NCBI GenBank assembly: GCA_002269645.1
Contig: NIVC01004604.1
Span: forward strand, 1-40,779
DNA: 40,779 nucleotides
Source of the DNA: Macrostomum lignano
Lineage: Eukaryota
Direction of reading: 5' to 3'
The notes under the pieces: generated by a model
Told to the model about the DNA's origin: nothing
The model's database searches: none
Seen by the model: the letters and a program-made list of their open reading frames with translations, nothing else
Program-made: the position numbers and the translations under genes
Shown here: positions 1-11,393 of the stretch, piece by piece
Layout: every line of letters starts with the position of its first letter
Numbering within the stretch: the first letter of the stretch is position 1

Positions 1-145
1 GTGCCCGCAAATCTGGTTGCAATTTTTATTTAGAAGTACGAGTATGCATTTTATTTCCTACACTACTGACTAGTAGGATAAATGTGCATTTTGCGTATTA
101 AAGGATTGTGTACTAGCTTCTACATGATTAAACCTGGCTATGCAG

Positions 146-3100
146 GGCTACTACAAGGACACCGTGGACTTCTACTTCGACAGTCGGGATGAGTGCAAAC
201 AGTTCTGGAAGAAGTGCATCGAGCACCACACCTTCTTCAGGTGCCAGTCAGCCAGGGCTCCGGCAAAGCACAAAAATATTGTTGTCTCCAAGGGGTCGTC
301 TTTTAGGTGAGCATTTGGGACTGGCAGCTGGACTGGCAGCTGGACTGGCAGCTGGACTGGCAGCTGGACTGGGCACTGACTGGTGCTGACTGAGTGCTGA
401 TTGACTGATTCAGTGCTGATTGAGTGCTGACTGAGTGCTGACTCAGTGCTGACTCAGTGCTGACTGGTGCTGACTCAGTACTGACTGGGTGCTGACTCAG
501 TGCTGATTCAGTGCTGACTGGGTACTGGGCTAGGTGCTGGATACAAACTCCGTGAGAATCGCCCTCCAACCCCCTGAGAATCGCCCTCAAACTCTCCCTG
601 AGGATCGCCCTCCAACCCCCTGAGAATCGCCCTCCAACCCCCCCCCTGAGAATCGCCCTTCAACCCCCTGAGAATCGCCCTCCAACCCCCTGAGAATCGC
701 CCTCCAACCCCCCCTGAGAATCGCCCTTCAACCCCCTGAGAATCGCCCTCCAACCCCCTGAGAATCGCCCTCCAACCCCTGAGAATCGCCCTCCAACCCC
801 CTGAGAATCGCCCTCCAACCCTCCCTGAGAATCGCCCTCCAAACCCCTGAGAATCGCCCTCCAACCCCCTGAGAATCGCCTCCAACCCTCCCTGAGAATC
901 GCCCTCCAAACCCCTGAGAATCGCCTTCCAACCCCCTGAGAATCGCCTCCAACCCTCCCTGAGAATCGCCCTCCAACCCTCCCCCCCTGAGAATCGCCCT
1001 CCAACCCCCTGAGAATCGCCTCCAACCCTCCCTGAGAATCGCCTTCCAACCCCCTGAGAATCGCCCTTCAACCCTCTGAGAATCGCCCTCCAACCCCCTG
1101 AGAATCGCCCTCCAACCCCCTGAGAATCGCCCTCCAACCCTCCCTGAGAATCGCCCTCCAACCCCTGAGAATCGCCAGTCAGTGCAATATCTCATTCCCT
1201 CTCATTTTTCAGGTACTGCGGCCGAACCCAGAAGCAGCTGGTTGAATTCGTTCGCGAGAACTATGTTAAGCGGCCATATTTTGATAGGTACAAGATTAAC
1301 TTCCTCACTTTTTTACAGTTAGTTGAACTCGAAGTTTACCTACTGTAGATATATTGTTTGGTTTTGGCGTAAACAGGATATCAAAATGCGTCTATTAGAG
1401 ATCTACAGAATGTCGAATCCCATCTCATAGATCTATTTCGAATCCCATCTCATAGATCCATCCTGGATCCCATCTCATAGATCTATCGTGGATCCCATCT
1501 CATAGATCTATCCTGGATCCCATCTCATAGATCTATTTCGAATCCCATCTCATAAGATCTATTTCGAATCCAATCTCAAAAACTATTTCGAATCCAATCT
1601 CAAAGATCAATCTCGAATCCCATCTCGAAGATCAATCTCGAATCCCATCTCAAAGATCTATCTCGAATCTCGTCTCATAGATCTATCTCGAATCCCATCT
1701 CATAGATCTATCTCGAATCTCGTCTCATAGATCTATCTTGAATCCCATCTCATAGATCTATCTCGAATCCCATCTCATATATCTATCTCGAATCCCATCT
1801 CATATATCTATCTCAAATCCCATCTCATATATCTATCTCGAATCTCGTCTCATAGATCTATCTCGAATCCCATCTCATAGATCCATCTCGAATCCCATCT
1901 CATAGATCTATCTCGAATCCCATCTCATAGATCTATCTCGAATCCCATCTCATAGATCTATTTCGAATCCCATCTCAAAGATCCATCTCGAATCCCATCT
2001 CATAGATCTATTTCGAATCCCATCTCATAGATCCATCTCGAATCCCATCTCATAGATCTATTTCGAATCCCATCTCATAGATCTATTTCGAATCCCATCT
2101 CATAGATCTATCTCGAATCCCATCTCATAGATCCATCTCGAATCCCATCTCATAGATCTATTTCGAATCCCATCTCATAGATCTATCTCGAATCCCATCT
2201 CATAGATCTATCTCGAATCCCATCTCATAGATCAATTGAATTTTAAGACAAACTAATGTTGATCTATTAGATATTGAGATCTGTCGCCCATCCCCAGGAC
2301 CAACCGCTCGCTGCCCAGCCGCTCCCCCGGCAGCCGCCGCTCCGGCCCGTCGAGCAGCCACCACCAGCCGGCAGGCGGCGGCCGGTCCGGCGCCTCCACC
2401 ACCTCGCACGGCTCGCACGTCCTGCTGCCCAGCAGCAACGGGGACGCCACCCGGCCGCTGCTGGACATGGCCGCCGGTCATCTGCGCCGTCCAGCCTCCG
2501 TGTCACCGCCGCCGCATCCCTCACTGATGCCGTCGACGTCGGCATATTCGCCGACAACAACAAACTCGGCCAGGCGCGGCTTTCAACCCGTTGCTGGCGG
2601 TGGCGGTGGCGGAGGCGGCAGCTCTCGCGCCCGCTCGTTGCCTGGCGACGAGAGATTTGGCGACAACGGCTACGGGGCCGATGGCGGCGCCGGTGGCGGC
2701 GTTGTCCCCGTGACCGACGACGACGGCTCGCCGCCACCGCCGCCGCCGCCGCCTCCGCTGATGGACGACGAAGAGCTGCCAGGTGAGAGCCTCGGCGAAC
2801 CAGCTGGCCTTGGCACTGGCCCCTTCGTTTACCTTTCTCTGTTTGTGTTCACCCCCAAAATCGCCCCCCCCCAAAATCGCCACAAAGAATCGCCCTTCAA
2901 AATCGCCATCAAGAATCGCCCCCCAAAATCGTCATCAGGAATCGCCCCCAAAATCGCCATCAAGAATCGCCCCCCAAAATCGTCATCAGGAATCGCCCCC
3001 AAAATCGCCATCAGGAATCGCCCCCAAAATCGCCATCAAGAATCGCCCCCCAAAATCGTCATCAGGAATCGCCCCCAAAATCGCCATCAAGAATCGCCCC

Positions 3101-3228
3101 CCAAAATCGCCCCCCAAAATCGCCGCCCCCCCACCCGCTGCAGTTGCCGAAGGTGTCGACGGTCCCGACTTGCCGCCGCCGTCGCTCGCGCCGTCCATGC
3201 AGCTGCACGAATTCCTGCCGCCACCCCC

Positions 3229-3261
<33 letters not shown>

Positions 3262-6200
3262 GCTGCTCGACCATCCGTCGGAGGCCACCTCGCCTGGCTT
3301 CGCCTCGCTGGTGCGACCGACGCCGCAGCGCCGGCCCCTGATGCGCTCCGACAATGTGGACGCCGCCGCCACTGCCGCCACCATTCTTGGCCACCGGGAG
3401 GAGACGGACATCATCCAGGAGCTGCCGGACTCGCTGCACTCGGTGAGCTAGCATGAGGCCTGTTGGGATATTGAGCTTTGCGGGAAAGTAAAGGTGGGAT
3501 GCTAGGATTCTGTGATGGGGATCATGGGATATTTCTGCGGTGGGGATCCAAATCGTGGGATATTTCTGCAACTTAGCGTTGGAGACTGGAATCCACGAGT
3601 AAAAGCCCAAGCCTGCAGAATTTCTGTCAGTTCCTACCAGCCAATCAGCAGTTTGTTGCCTGGGGGGCCGCAGCGGCTGCTAATGAAGTTTTGGTGTAGG
3701 GAAGAAGGCGAAAGAATTAGAAAAGTTTTCGTCAATTTCAGTTCTACAAAACAAAGCAAAAGTATTTGTTTATTTTTAATTGAAGCCGACTGCGCGTCCC
3801 GGCAATTAGGGAGCTGCTGTATAAAATAGTGGAACGGAGTTAGGGCAGCTCTTTATCGATCCGCTCCATCTCCTCCCGCAGGCTCCCAGCAGAACCCCAT
3901 GCAGCAGCCTCAGCAGCCTCAGCAGGACGACGAAGACGGCGGCCGGTCGGTGGCTTCGCACACCCTCGGCGGCCTCAGCAGCTACGCCGCCTCGGTGGCG
4001 GCCACCACCGACGACGGCGATTCCGACGCTCGAAGCATCGCCTCGGCTGCAAGCGGCGCCACCAGCCGGCGCCGGCGCCACCAGCCGAAGGAGGCGGCCT
4101 ACTTCGCCGCCAAGATTCTGCTGGCCTGCGAGCGCCAGGCCGGCCGGGACCTCCGCCTGCTGTGTCAGGGCCTGCCGGACGAGATGGCCGCGGCCGCTGC
4201 CGCCTCCGAGCCTGCCGACACCGATGACGGCGGCACTGCGCCGGCTCTCCGGGAGCTGCTGGCCCTGCTGGACTCGGTGCGGGCCGCCCAGCAGCGGTTT
4301 CTGAGCTCGCTGGAGCAGCGGCTCCGCGCCTGGGAAGCCGCGTCCGCTGCCGTAGCTGCCGCGCTCGCCAACGGCCAGGCGCCGCCACCGACGGCCGACG
4401 ATCAGCGTCGATTGGGCGACCTGCTGCTTGAGCACCTGCCCGACCTGCTGCCGCCGATGCGTGCCTACGCTCAGGTGGGGACTGACCGCACTGGCCTGGA
4501 GAGTTCAGGTCTAGGCTGAGCTTCAGATTTCAGGTTCAGGTTCAGGCTTAGGTTCAGGGCTCAGGTTGATAATTTTGTCATGCATTTATAATGCTTAATT
4601 TTTTCATCCGCCACCGCCCGCAGGCGCTGCCCGGCCGCTTCCTTCAGGCCGTCGACCCGGTCGCCTTCAGCGACAACGGCATCGTCCGTCGGTTCGAGTC
4701 CTCCCGCGCCTGCCACCTGCCCCTGGCCTGCCTGCTGCTCGGCCCCGCTCGCCGGCCCGCCCGCCTTGCCGGTCTCTGCGAGCGCCTTCTCGCCGCTGCC
4801 GCCGGGCCCACCGACGCTGCCGACTGTCGGGCCGCCCTCCGCCAGCTCGCCGACGCCGCCGAAGCCGTCCGGCCCGCCTGCGACCGGGCCGAGCAGCTCT
4901 GCGGCCTCGTCGAACTGCGCCGCGACCTGCCGTCCGGCCTGGAAGGCGTCCTTGACGATGACCGCGGCGGCGACGTCGAGGGGATGGACAGCGCGCGGCT
5001 GATCCGCATTGGCTGGCTGCGCAAGCCCGGCTCCCGGCGGGGCGGCGGCGGCCGCCTGCTGTGCCTGCTCAGCGACCGCCTGCTCATCCTCGGCCGGCCA
5101 TCGTCCGCCTGCAGCGCCTCGATTTTCTCCGCCTCTGCTTCGGCTGCCTCCGCTTCCGTTGCGTCGGCGGCGGCGTCGGCGACTTCAACGCCGACAGGCG
5201 GCCGTGGAGTCGCCGCCGGCAGTTCGTCTTCGCTGCTGCGCCTGCGCACCAAGATTCCCCTGCGCGGCCTGCGCGCCACCGAAGCCCCCGGAGGCGGCGG
5301 CAGCGGCGACCGCCAATGCCAGCTGAGCCTGCAGGTCGCCGCAGACTCCGCCGAGGCTGCATCGGCCTCGGCGCCGCCGCCGGCGATCGTCCTGGCGGCG
5401 AGGAATCGGCGGCAGCGCGATCTGTGGCTGCGCGACCTTCAGGCCGCCGCCGCAGACGCTCCGCCAATGGCATCCGCGCCGGCTCCGGCCGCGAAGGCGA
5501 CGGCGGCGGCTGCCGCTGCAGCTGGCGAATCCGCGTTGACGTCCGAGCAGCTGCAGCAGCAGCGGGCGCTCCTGCCGACCCGAGTCTGCTGGCACCGCTG
5601 CGCCAGCGTCGGGTTCGCCGACATTGTGCGGAGCCACAGCTGCGACCTGAGCGGCCACCTGCTGCGCAAGCTGACCAGCGCCCCCGGCTGGCAGCGGCTC
5701 TGGGTGGCCTTCTCTCACCTGGCGCTGTTCTTCTACAAGTCCTACCGGGTGAGTCTGCCGCTGGGGTGCTCGAGCCACAATATCCCTTTTTAAATCCCCT
5801 ATTCAGAATCCTAAATCCCATATCCCAATTCAGAATCCCAAATCCCATATCCCAATTCAGAATCCCAAATCCCATATCCCAATTCAGAATCCCAAATCCC
5901 AAATAGAGAACCTCAAATCCCAAATCCCACTTCAGAATCCCAAATCCCATATCCCAATGCAGAATCCCAAATCCCATATCCCAATGCAGAATCCCAAATC
6001 CCATATCCCAATACAGCATCCCAAATCGCAAATCTCAATTCAGAATCCCAAATCCCATATTCCAATGCAGAATCCCAAATCTCAAATCCCAATTCAGAAT
6101 CCCAAATCCCACTTCAGAATCCCAAATCCCATATCCCAATGCAGAATCCCAAATCCCACTTCAGAATCCCAAATCCCATATCCCAATACAGCATCCCAAA

Positions 6201-8126
6201 TCGCAAATCTCAATTCAGGATCCCAAATCCTATATCCCAATTCAGAATCCCAAATCCCAAATAGAGAACCTCAAATCCCAAATCCCACTTCAGAATCCCA
6301 AATCCCATATCCCAATACAGCATCCCAAATCCCATATCCCAATACAGAATCCCAAATTGCAAATCTCAATTCAGAATCCCAAATCCTATATTCCAATGCA
6401 GAATCCCAAATCTCAAATCCCAATTCAGAATCCCAAATCCCATATTCCAATGCAGAATCCCAAATCCCTAATCGCATATCCCAATGCTGAATCCCTAATC
6501 CTATATCCCAATTCCAAATCGATAATCCCGTATCCTACATGTTAATGTCGAATCCCATATACTGAGCGAAAAATCCCAAATGCCATGATTCAATGGCGGG
6601 TCCCATATTCGACTGTTTCACAAAGTGATTCCCATGACAGCCTTTAAATAGATCCTGAATCTCCATCACTCCAGCATCCCCTGACGCCCGATGACAGATT
6701 CAAAGGTTTCACATAGATTAAATTTTTTTCCAAATCCCCTCCCATCTGTATGCCATGAATTTCCTCTAATTGCATCAATGATTTCTTCTACTTTTGCCCT
6801 GGCCAATCAGGACGAAGCACCGATGGCCACGCTGCCTCTGATTGGCTACCGTGTTGGCCCTCCGGATCCCTCTGACCAGGAGCTGGTGCAGGGCAAGAGT
6901 CACGTGTTCAAGCTGCAGTGGAAGCATCACCGCTACTTTTTCCGGGCCGACTCAGAGTACACCTACAATTGGTGAGGCCCGCTGGGCGTGTCAGCTAATG
7001 CCAACTTGAGAATATCACTGAAAAGTCACTAAAGCTCTGAGAGAATGCCTAGAAAGTTTCCCAGAACTTCACTGATTGTCACTGATTGTCACTGATTGTC
7101 ACTGATTGTCACTGATTGTCACTGATTGTCACTGATTGTCACTGAGTGTCACTGATTGTCACGAAATGACACAGTAAGAATGTCACTGACTGTCACTGAC
7201 TGCCACTGATTGTCATGATTGTCACTGATTTTCACTGACTGACACTGATTGTCACTGATTGTCACTGATTGTCAGTGATTGTCACTGGGTGTCACTGATT
7301 GTCACTGATTGTCACTGATTGTCACTGATTGTCACTGACTAACACTGATAGTCACTGATTGTCACTGATTGTCACTAAGTGTCACGAAATGACACAGTAA
7401 GAATGTCACTGACTGTCACTGACTAACACTGATGGTCACTGATTGTCACTGATTGTAGCTGATTGTCACTGATTGTCACTTATTGTCACTGATTGTCACT
7501 GATTGTCACTGACTAACACTGATTGTCACTGACTAACACTGATTGTCACTGATTGTCACTGACTAACACTGATTGTCACTGATTGTCACTGATTGTCACT
7601 GATTGTCACTGATTGTCACTTATTGTCACTGATTGTCACTGATTGTCACTGACTAACACTGATTGTCACTGACTAACACTGATTGTCACTGATTGTCACT
7701 GACTAACACTGATTGTCACTGATTGTCACTGACTAACACTGATTGTCACTGACTAACACTGATTGTCACTGAGTGTCACTGATTGTCACTGATTGTCACT
7801 GGGTGTCACTGATATGATTGTCACTGATTGTCACTGATTGTCACTGGGTGTCACGGATTGTCACTGATTGTCACTGATTGTCACTGATTGTCACTGATTG
7901 TCACTGATTGTCACTGATTGTCACTGAGTGTCACGAAATGACACAGTAAGAATGTCACTGACTGTCACTGTAAGGCTGTCACTGACTGTCGCTGTGAGTC
8001 TGTCACTGACCCCAAAGTGCCCATCCCTGTGCCCGCAGCTGGCTGGAGACTCTCAGTGACGCCATCCTGCCGCTGGCCGCCGAGCCCGAGGCGACCCGGG
8101 CGCCGCTCCGCGACAGAGCGGACTGA
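146..8126 (+). CDS. FARP: FERM, RhoGEF (DH) and double-PH domain protein (FARP1/2, Drosophila Cdep-like); 5' part lies upstream of the window
   Basis: Hand-spliced GT-AG exons: 146-306 (GYYKDTVDFYFDSRDECKQFWKKCIEHHTFFR...SKGSSFR, FERM-C/FERM-adjacent), 1213-1287 (YCGRTQKQLVEFVRENYVKR), 2298-2782 and 3144-3442 (Pro/Ser/Gly linker), ~3890-4474 (DH start AYFAAKILLACER; acceptor uncertain), 4624-5748 (DH end FESSRACHLPL, PH1, VCWHR...LSGHLLRK...GWQRLWV...LFFYKSY), 6811-6971 (PMATLPLIGY...VFKLQWKHHRYFFRADSEYTYN), 8039-8126 (WLETL...TGA). Intron phases are consistent except at the 3443-~3890 intron. Motifs match the FARP family as I recall it. Confidence 0.92.
317..535. repeat. Intronic 11-12 bp minisatellite (GGACTGGCAGCT, then ACTCAGTGCTG)
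   Basis: Directly visible tandem units in FARP intron 307-1212. Confidence 0.85.
553..1176. repeat. Intronic ~22-23 bp minisatellite (CTGAGAATCGCCCTCCAACCCC)
   Basis: Tandem units with variable C-runs. They explain the repetitive minus-strand ORFs at 508-1195. Confidence 0.92.
1412..2233. repeat. Intronic 25-bp minisatellite (GAATCCCATCTCATAGATCTATCTC)
   Basis: About 33 tandem copies (length/unit) filling FARP intron 1288-2297. Confidence 0.93.
2855..3125. repeat. Intronic AATCGCC-core minisatellite
   Basis: AAAATCGCCCCC / GAATCGCC / AATCGTCATCAGG units in FARP intron 2783-3143. Confidence 0.85.
5791..6530. repeat. Intronic 27-bp minisatellite (CAGAATCCCAAATCCCATATCCCAATT)
   Basis: Tandem units with variants in FARP intron 5749-6810. 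Confidence 0.9.
7070..7990. repeat. Intronic 10-bp minisatellite (GATTGTCACT)
   Basis: Tandem decamers interrupted three times by GTCACGAAATGACACAGTAAGAATGTCACTG (~7159, 7381, 7930). Confidence 0.93.
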
Positions 8127-9785
8127 CAGCCGCGCGCAGCCATCAGCCGAGCTCACTGCAATAAGAAACCGGGCCATTGCCAGACAGAAGTCTGGAAAGT
8201 ATAAATCTGACAGTATTCTCGAGCGTTCGATGCCTGAATTCTCCATCTGTTTAAGCTTCATCGGTCCAGCATCCTTGAACTCTAAAAATGATGATTAGTC
8301 CTTCTTCATCTGCAGCTTATTTATATTTTATAACTGTTGCGATCTATCGAATCTCATTTTTGCGCTCTACACGCTACTTACACAGCTGCGCATGACAGTA
8401 GTCTGGTTGAGGCATTAGCGGCGATCAGTTTCCTTGCATTGGTTGGAGGTGAAGTATTTATAATTTATTACTCTGTTGCAAATTTGTTGCAGTAGCGTCT
8501 GTGTTGCAGCAGATTCTATTAGCTTATTAATCAAACTGCGGTACACTGATTGTTTATTATAATTCTTATTGCTTTTCCTTGCTGTAATATTAACTAATAT
8601 CGATTAATTGTTGTTTTCTATCGAAGTTCCAGCGCAGCCAAAGCGATTGATCCCCATCTGTTGGCTTTGTACTTTTCTATAGAGAGGGCTCTGCCGCTGC
8701 CCCCCCAGCTGAGTTCAGTGTGGAGATGACCATAAATTAGCCTGGCCTGACACTGCAGACAAATTCTAATAGCTGGCAGTCTGAGTGAATCAATCAACAA
8801 AGGTTTTGCTGCTGTATTTCATTTTGTTACACAAAAATACAGAATCGCACGATGAGGCCGAGTGTCGAAGCTGGCGTGCCAACAACCCAGAGAACTCTCA
8901 GTAACTATGTCGCTAAGATCAGTGTCACTAAATGCAGCGAGGTCCACAAGAATAGCGACAAAGTCACTGCAACTAACTCACTAGTGACTCTAGCGACTCC
9001 AGGGGCGCTCTTGTGACTTTTTAACAACTCAAACGCGTCCAATGCGACGGAGAGGCGCTAAAGTGTCGTCCAAGAATCGTTGTGTTGGCGCTTAACTTTC
9101 TACTAACTCAGTAGGCTAGTTAGTGTTTCAGAAACAACTCAGTGACTCTACAGCGACTCTAGCACGCCTCAAATACGACTTTACGGCCCCAGAGTCATTT
9201 TAGCATCGCAGTCAATAAAACGCTTTAAAGTGATTCATCTTTGTGGCTTTAAAGTTTTCATCGGGTCAGCACGGCATCTTTTCGGCTGTGCTGAAACTGG
9301 AACTGCTTCTCTTTATGTCGAGGTCTTTTGCTAGTCGTCTCCCAGTCTCTCCCCCATTGGAAGCTGCGCACCAGCGGTTCGCGATCTCGAGTTCGGCATA
9401 AGTGTTCACCTGTGTCGCGGCCAGGCCCGCACTGCAGCTCTGACTGACCCTAATATGTATAACCTGTGGCCCATTTCCAGTAGACTACAGCTGGGAGGAG
9501 CCACCGGTACTCTGAGGCTCGAGCTAATACCAAAACAGCACTTATACAACAATGGACTTTTATCCACCCTGAGATGAGACCTGCAAATTCTTTTTGAAGG
9601 CTGGACCACACATTTGTTGCTGTTGAAAATAAGCTTCTGTTTATTTGTTTTCTTAATCGGAGAATTCGAGGGGCTGAGACAGCTTGTATAGAGATAGTGG
9701 GGGCTGAGTAGGAATACATACGAGCCTGTGCAAAAACCAAGACGTCGTGCATGTTCGCCCGGTAAATATCTGATAGATGTGTCGG

Positions 9786-11157
9786 CTGCTCTGCTCTGCT
9801 GTGCTCTGCTCTGCTCTGCTCTGCTCTGCTCTGCTCTGCTCTGCTCTGCTCTGCTCTGCTCTGCTCTGCTCTGCTCTGCTCTGCTCTGCTCTGCTTTGCT
9901 CTGCTCTGCTCTGCTCTGCTCTGCTTTGCTCTGCTCTGTTCTGCTCTGCTCTGCTCTGCTCTGCTCTGCTCTGCTCTGCTCTGCTCTGCTCTGCTCTTCT
10001 CTGCTCTACTCTACTCTGCTCTGCTCTGCTCTGCTCTGCTCTGCTCTGCTCTTCTCTGCTCTACTCTGCTCTGCTCTACTCTGCTCTGCTCTGCTCTGCT
10101 CTGCTCTGCTCTGCTCTGCTCTGCTCTGCTCTGCTCTGCTCTGCTCTGCTTTGCTCTGCTCTGTTCTGCTCTGCTCTGCTCTGCTCTGCTCTGCTCTGCT
10201 CTGCTCTGCTCTGCTCTGCTCTGCTCTTCTCTGCTCTACTCTACTCTGCTCTGCTCTGCTCTGCTCTGCTCTGCTCTGCTCTTCTCTGCTCTACTCTGCT
10301 CTGCTCTACTCTGCTCTACTCTGCTCTGCTCTACTCTGCTCTACTCTACTCTGCTCTGCTCTGCTCTGCTCTGCTCTGCTCTACTCTACTCTACTCTGCT
10401 CTGCTCTTCTCTGCTCTACTCTACTCTGCTCTGCTCTGCTCTTCTCTGCTCTGCTCTGCTCTGCTCTGCTCTGCTCTGCTCTGCTCCGCTCTGCTCTGCT
10501 TTGCTCTGCTCCGCTCTGCTCTGCTCTGCTCTGCTCTGCTCTGCTCCGCTCTGCTCTGCTCTGCTTTGCTCTGCTCTGCTCTGCTCTGCTCTGCTCTGCT
10601 TTGCTCTGCTCTGTTCTGCTCTGCTCTGCTCTGCTCTGCTCTGCTCTTCTCTGCTCTACTCTACTCTGCTCTGCTCTGCTCTGCTCTGCTCTGCTCTTCT
10701 CTGCTCTACTCTACTCTACTCTGCTCTGCTCTGCTCTACTCTACTCTGCTCTGCTCTGCTCTTCTCTGCTCTGCTCTGCTCTGCTCTGCTCTGCTCTGCT
10801 TTGCTCTGCTCTGTTCTGCTCTGCTCTGCTCTGCTCTGCTCTGCTCTTCTCTGCTCTACTCTGCTCTGCTCTACTCTGCTCTACTCTGCTCTGCTCTACT
10901 CTGCTCTACTCTACTCTGCTCTGCTCTGCTCTGCTCTGCTCTACTCTACTCTACTCTGCTCTGCTCTTCTCTGCTCTACTCTACTCTACTCTGCTCTGCT
11001 CTGCTCTTCTCTGCTCTGCTCTGCTCTGCTCTGCTCTGCTCTGCTCCGCTCTGCTCTGCTCTGCTTTGCTCTGCTCCGCTCTGCTCTGCTCTGCTCTGCT
11101 CTGCTCTGCTCCGCTCTGCTCTGCTCTGCTTTGCTCTGCTCTGCTCTGCTCTGCTCT
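9786..11157. repeat. (CTCTG)n pentanucleotide microsatellite, ~1.37 kb
   Basis: Continuous pentamer run with CTCTA/CTTTG/CTCCG/CTGTT/CTCTT variants. Confidence 0.97.
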
Positions 11158-11196
11158 CAGTTCGAGTCCGAGTTGCTGCACTTAAGAAACACGCCG

Positions 11197-11393
11197 TCAG
11201 GCCCCGGGCCTGGCCAGTCCTCCCGCAGTCGGTCCGTCCAGCAGCCTGCAGGAGCCTCTGACAGCGTCGAACTCGATGGCCCGGCAGGCGGCCCCGACAG
11301 CGGTGCAGAGCACAGCGCACTCGATGTCGCTGCGAGCAGACAGGACGCCCACCGCGCTGGCAGCTGGTTGCGGCGCGAACAACCTCCGGAATG
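11197..11393 (-). CDS. Terminal exon encoding a PAN/apple-like module
   Basis: SDIECAVLCTAVGAACRAIEFDAVRGSCRLL fits the PAN C-x3-C...C-x4-F...C-x-L pattern. The acceptor CCCGCAG at 11394-11400 is in phase 1, but its polypyrimidine tract is weak. Confidence 0.65.

Noticed and set aside
508-1195. Repetitive ORFs in introns (also 5957-6490, 20890-21645, 33612-34294, 34513-35126, 38353-38916, 39556-40176)
   Set aside because: Each coincides with a tandem array inside a GT-AG intron of a recognisable gene.
4505-4567. Telomere-like TTCAGG/TTAGG hexamers
   Set aside because: Only a few degenerate units, not TTAGGG; most simply a small intronic microsatellite.
2200-5906. Many overlapping Arg/Ala/Pro-rich ORFs on both strands
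   Set aside because: They are shadow frames of GC-rich FARP exons. Only one frame per exon gives domain motifs and consistent splice phase.
9450-9752. Possible LINE RT C-terminal remnant (RSLFSTATNVWSSL)
   Set aside because: The resemblance is limited to one short motif with no other RT features.
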